A stretch of DNA of 26,233 nucleotides from a virus (lineage: Duplodnaviria; Heunggongvirae; Uroviricota; Caudoviricetes): the IMG/VR virus record IMGVR_UViG_2565956629_000010. One strand, given 5' to 3'. The position numbers were made by a program, and so were the translations under genes. The notes beneath the pieces were generated by a model. That model had not been told where the DNA came from, did not search any database, and saw only the letters and a program-made list of their open reading frames with translations. Numbering within the stretch: the stretch's first letter is position 1; each line of letters opens with the position of its first letter. Shown piece by piece: positions 24,232-26,233 of the stretch.

Positions 24232-25970
24232 GCACAAAATTTTATACCCTGCTGACGGATATTGGCGCGGCGAAACTTGCCAGCGCCGCCGCGCTCGGTG
24301 TGCCGCTAAAAATTACCCATATGGCGGTGGGCGATGGCGGCGGAGCATTGCCGACGCCGGACGCAAAGCAGACGGCACTGGTAAATGAGAAACGCCGGGC
24401 TGCGCTGAATATGCTCTATATCGACCCGCAGAACAGCAGCCAGATTATTGCTGAACAGGTGATCCCTGAAAATGAGGGTGGTTGGTGGATACGTGAAGTG
24501 GGTCTGTTTGATGAGTCCGGGGCATTGATTGCCGTGGGCAACTGCCCGGAAAGCTATAAGCCGCAACTGGCTGAAGGCAGCGGGCGCACCCAGACCGTGC
24601 GCATGGTGCTGATTACCAGCAGCACGGACAATATCACCCTGAAAATCGACCCTGCCGTCGTGCTGGCAACCCGCAAGTATGTGGATGACAAGGTACTGGA
24701 GCTGAAGGTGTTCGTGGATGATAAGATGGCAAAACATCTTGCCGCACCGGACCCGCATTCACAGTATGCACCCAAAGAAAGCCCGACATTGACCGGAACA
24801 CCCAAAGCGCCAACGCCAGCGGAGGGGAATAACACCACGCAGATTGCGACCACCGCGTTTGTTCAGGCCGCTATTACTGCTCTGATTAACGGTGCGCCAG
24901 CCACGCTGGACACACTGAAAGAAATTGCCGCAGCCATTAACAATGACCCGAAATTCAGTACCACCATTAACAATGCGCTGGCACTAAAAGCACCGCTGTC
25001 GAGTCCGGCACTCACCGGAACGCCAACAGCACCTACTGCGGCACAGTCGGTTAACAATACACAGATTGCCACCACGGCTTTTGTGAAATCGGCAATTGCG
25101 GCAATGGTGGGGTCTGCACCTGCTGCACTGGATACACTGAACGAACTGGCTGCGGCGCTGGGGAATGACCCGAACTTTGCCACGACAATGCTTAATGCAC
25201 TGGCAGGTAAACAACCGCTGGACAATACGCTGACTAATTTGAGTGGAAAGGATGTAGCTGGTCTTCTCACATACCTTGGTTTGGGAGAAGCCAGATTCTC
25301 TGGTCGTTTGTTAAACACGAATATTTTTAAAAGCTCTGGAAAATATATCCCAACACCAGGGACAAAAAAGATAAGGGTCATTGCCTCTGGTGGCGGTGGC
25401 GGCGGCGGTGGGGTTCCTGAAACAACAGAAAATCAGCAGGCAACAGCCGGAGCTGGATTGAGCGGTGCATTTATTGAAGCATTTTTCGAGGTTGATAATG
25501 ATTTCGAAGTCAACGTTATTATCGGTGCTGCAGGTAAAGGGGGGGGAGCCGGAAGAAATTCAGGTAGTGAAGGTGGCACAACTTATTTCGGTTCCCTGAT
25601 AACTGCACCGGGTGGTACAGGCGGTGGCGCGGGGGGAGCATCTGCAAACACATCATATATTCAGGGTATTTCATGGGGTGCCAGTCCGACATCGTCCGGT
25701 ACTGTACTAAGAGCATTTCGCTGTAGTGCAAAAACACCAGGAGCAATGGTTATCTCTGTTAAAGCTGTTGCAGGTGGTACCGGGGGGGATACACCACTAG
25801 GTTCAGGCGGTATCGGTGGTGCAAGTTCTTCATCATTCAGCGGACGTGGTGGTGGTAAAGCTGAGGGCTTTGGTGCTGGCGGAGGCGGAGCCTGCGCATC
25901 TGCCGGAAGTGAGGCTCAATCGGGAGGTGACGGTGCCCCGGGAATAGTTATTGTTGAGGAGTATGCCTGA
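24228..25970 (+). CDS. H: tail fibre protein (P2 gpH-like) with mosaic glycine-rich distal domain
   Basis: 580 aa. N-terminus MSTKFYTLLTDIGAAKLA. Two tandem repeats of about 70 aa (SPTLTGTPKAPT...NNTTQIATTAFVQAAITALINGAPATLDTLKEIAAAINNDP and SPALTGTPTAPT...NNTQIATTAFVKSAIAAMVGSAPAALDTLNELAAALGNDP). C-terminal third is Gly-rich (GGGGGGGG, GGTGGGAGG) and lower in GC. Confidence 0.85.
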   Translation: MSTKFYTLLTDIGAAKLASAAALGVPLKITHMAVGDGGGALPTPDAKQTALVNEKRRAALNMLYIDPQNSSQIIAEQVIPENEGGWWIREVGLFDESGALIAVGNCPESYKPQLAEGSGRTQTVRMVLITSSTDNITLKIDPAVVLATRKYVDDKVLELKVFVDDKMAKHLAAPDPHSQYAPKESPTLTGTPKAPTPAEGNNTTQIATTAFVQAAITALINGAPATLDTLKEIAAAINNDPKFSTTINNALALKAPLSSPALTGTPTAPTAAQSVNNTQIATTAFVKSAIAAMVGSAPAALDTLNELAAALGNDPNFATTMLNALAGKQPLDNTLTNLSGKDVAGLLTYLGLGEARFSGRLLNTNIFKSSGKYIPTPGTKKIRVIASGGGGGGGGVPETTENQQATAGAGLSGAFIEAFFEVDNDFEVNVIIGAAGKGGGAGRNSGSEGGTTYFGSLITAPGGTGGGAGGASANTSYIQGISWGASPTSSGTVLRAFRCSAKTPGAMVISVKAVAGGTGGDTPLGSGGIGGASSSSFSGRGGGKAEGFGAGGGGACASAGSEAQSGGDGAPGIVIVEEYA

Positions 25971-26233
25971 TGAGTAATTTTGCTCTGATTGAACATGGCG
26001 TGGTGAAAAATATTATTATCTGGGATGGAGAGGGTGATTTATTCTCTAACTGCGAAATTATAAATATTGATCATATAGATGCAGGCGTCGGTTGGTTCTA
26101 TTCTGACGGAGAGTTTATAGCACCACCGGAACCGGAAATGACTGAATATGATGTTGGTAATATCGACGCGGTGATGGAATCAGATACCAGCACCGCGTCG
26201 GACGTCATCTGGCCTGAACTGCCGGAGGCGTAG
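25970..26233 (+). CDS. short tail fibre assembly/chaperone protein (gpG-like C-terminal motif)
   Basis: 87-aa acidic ORF immediately after H, start overlapping the H stop. Ends VIWPELPEA, reminiscent of the conserved C-terminal motif of tail fibre assembly proteins as I recall it. AT-rich like the distal part of H. Stop codon is at the window end. Confidence 0.5.
   Translation: MSNFALIEHGVVKNIIIWDGEGDLFSNCEIINIDHIDAGVGWFYSDGEFIAPPEPEMTEYDVGNIDAVMESDTSTASDVIWPELPEA

Noticed and set aside
25370-25960. Repetitive GGTGG/GGCGG-rich DNA in the distal tail-fibre region (checked as a possible CRISPR array or simple repeat)
   Set aside because: The repeats are irregular, in frame, and encode glycine runs of a continuous ORF. 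There are no spacer-like unique segments and no cas genes.
1-26233. tRNA genes, attachment-site core repeats and insertion-sequence signatures
   Set aside because: No tRNA-like cloverleaf or transposase ORF was recognised. The integrase gene runs to position 1, so attL and any tRNA target would be outside the window.

Overview
The window is almost entirely a P2/186-family temperate phage (prophage) genome read from the integrase edge into the tail-fibre genes. Order: int (-), an AT-rich cargo cassette (KAP-type P-loop NTPase plus a CI-repressor paralog with a tandemly duplicated HTH domain), a 186-type CI repressor, the switch region, apl/cII and small early genes, a TraR/DksA zinc-finger protein, Dam methyltransferase, replication initiator A, a LexA-box-controlled tum-like/DinI-like pair, a small acidic protein, a candidate cos site, a retron of the Ec67 kind (msr-msd-like inverted repeats plus a 585-aa reverse transcriptase with a C-terminal Toprim-like domain), then portal Q and terminase P (-) and the late operons O-N-M-L-X, holin, SAR-endolysin, LysA/B/C, R, S, V, W, J, I, H and a short tail-fibre assembly protein. 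P2 gene names are assigned by order, size and motifs, not by alignment. The strongest candidate for an undescribed system is the KAP NTPase plus double-HTH CI paralog cassette sitting between cI and int, apparently in the lysogenic operon. The retron and the small acidic gene beside cos are the second accessory island. All calls rest on reading the sequence and the supplied ORF translations; no database search was run.
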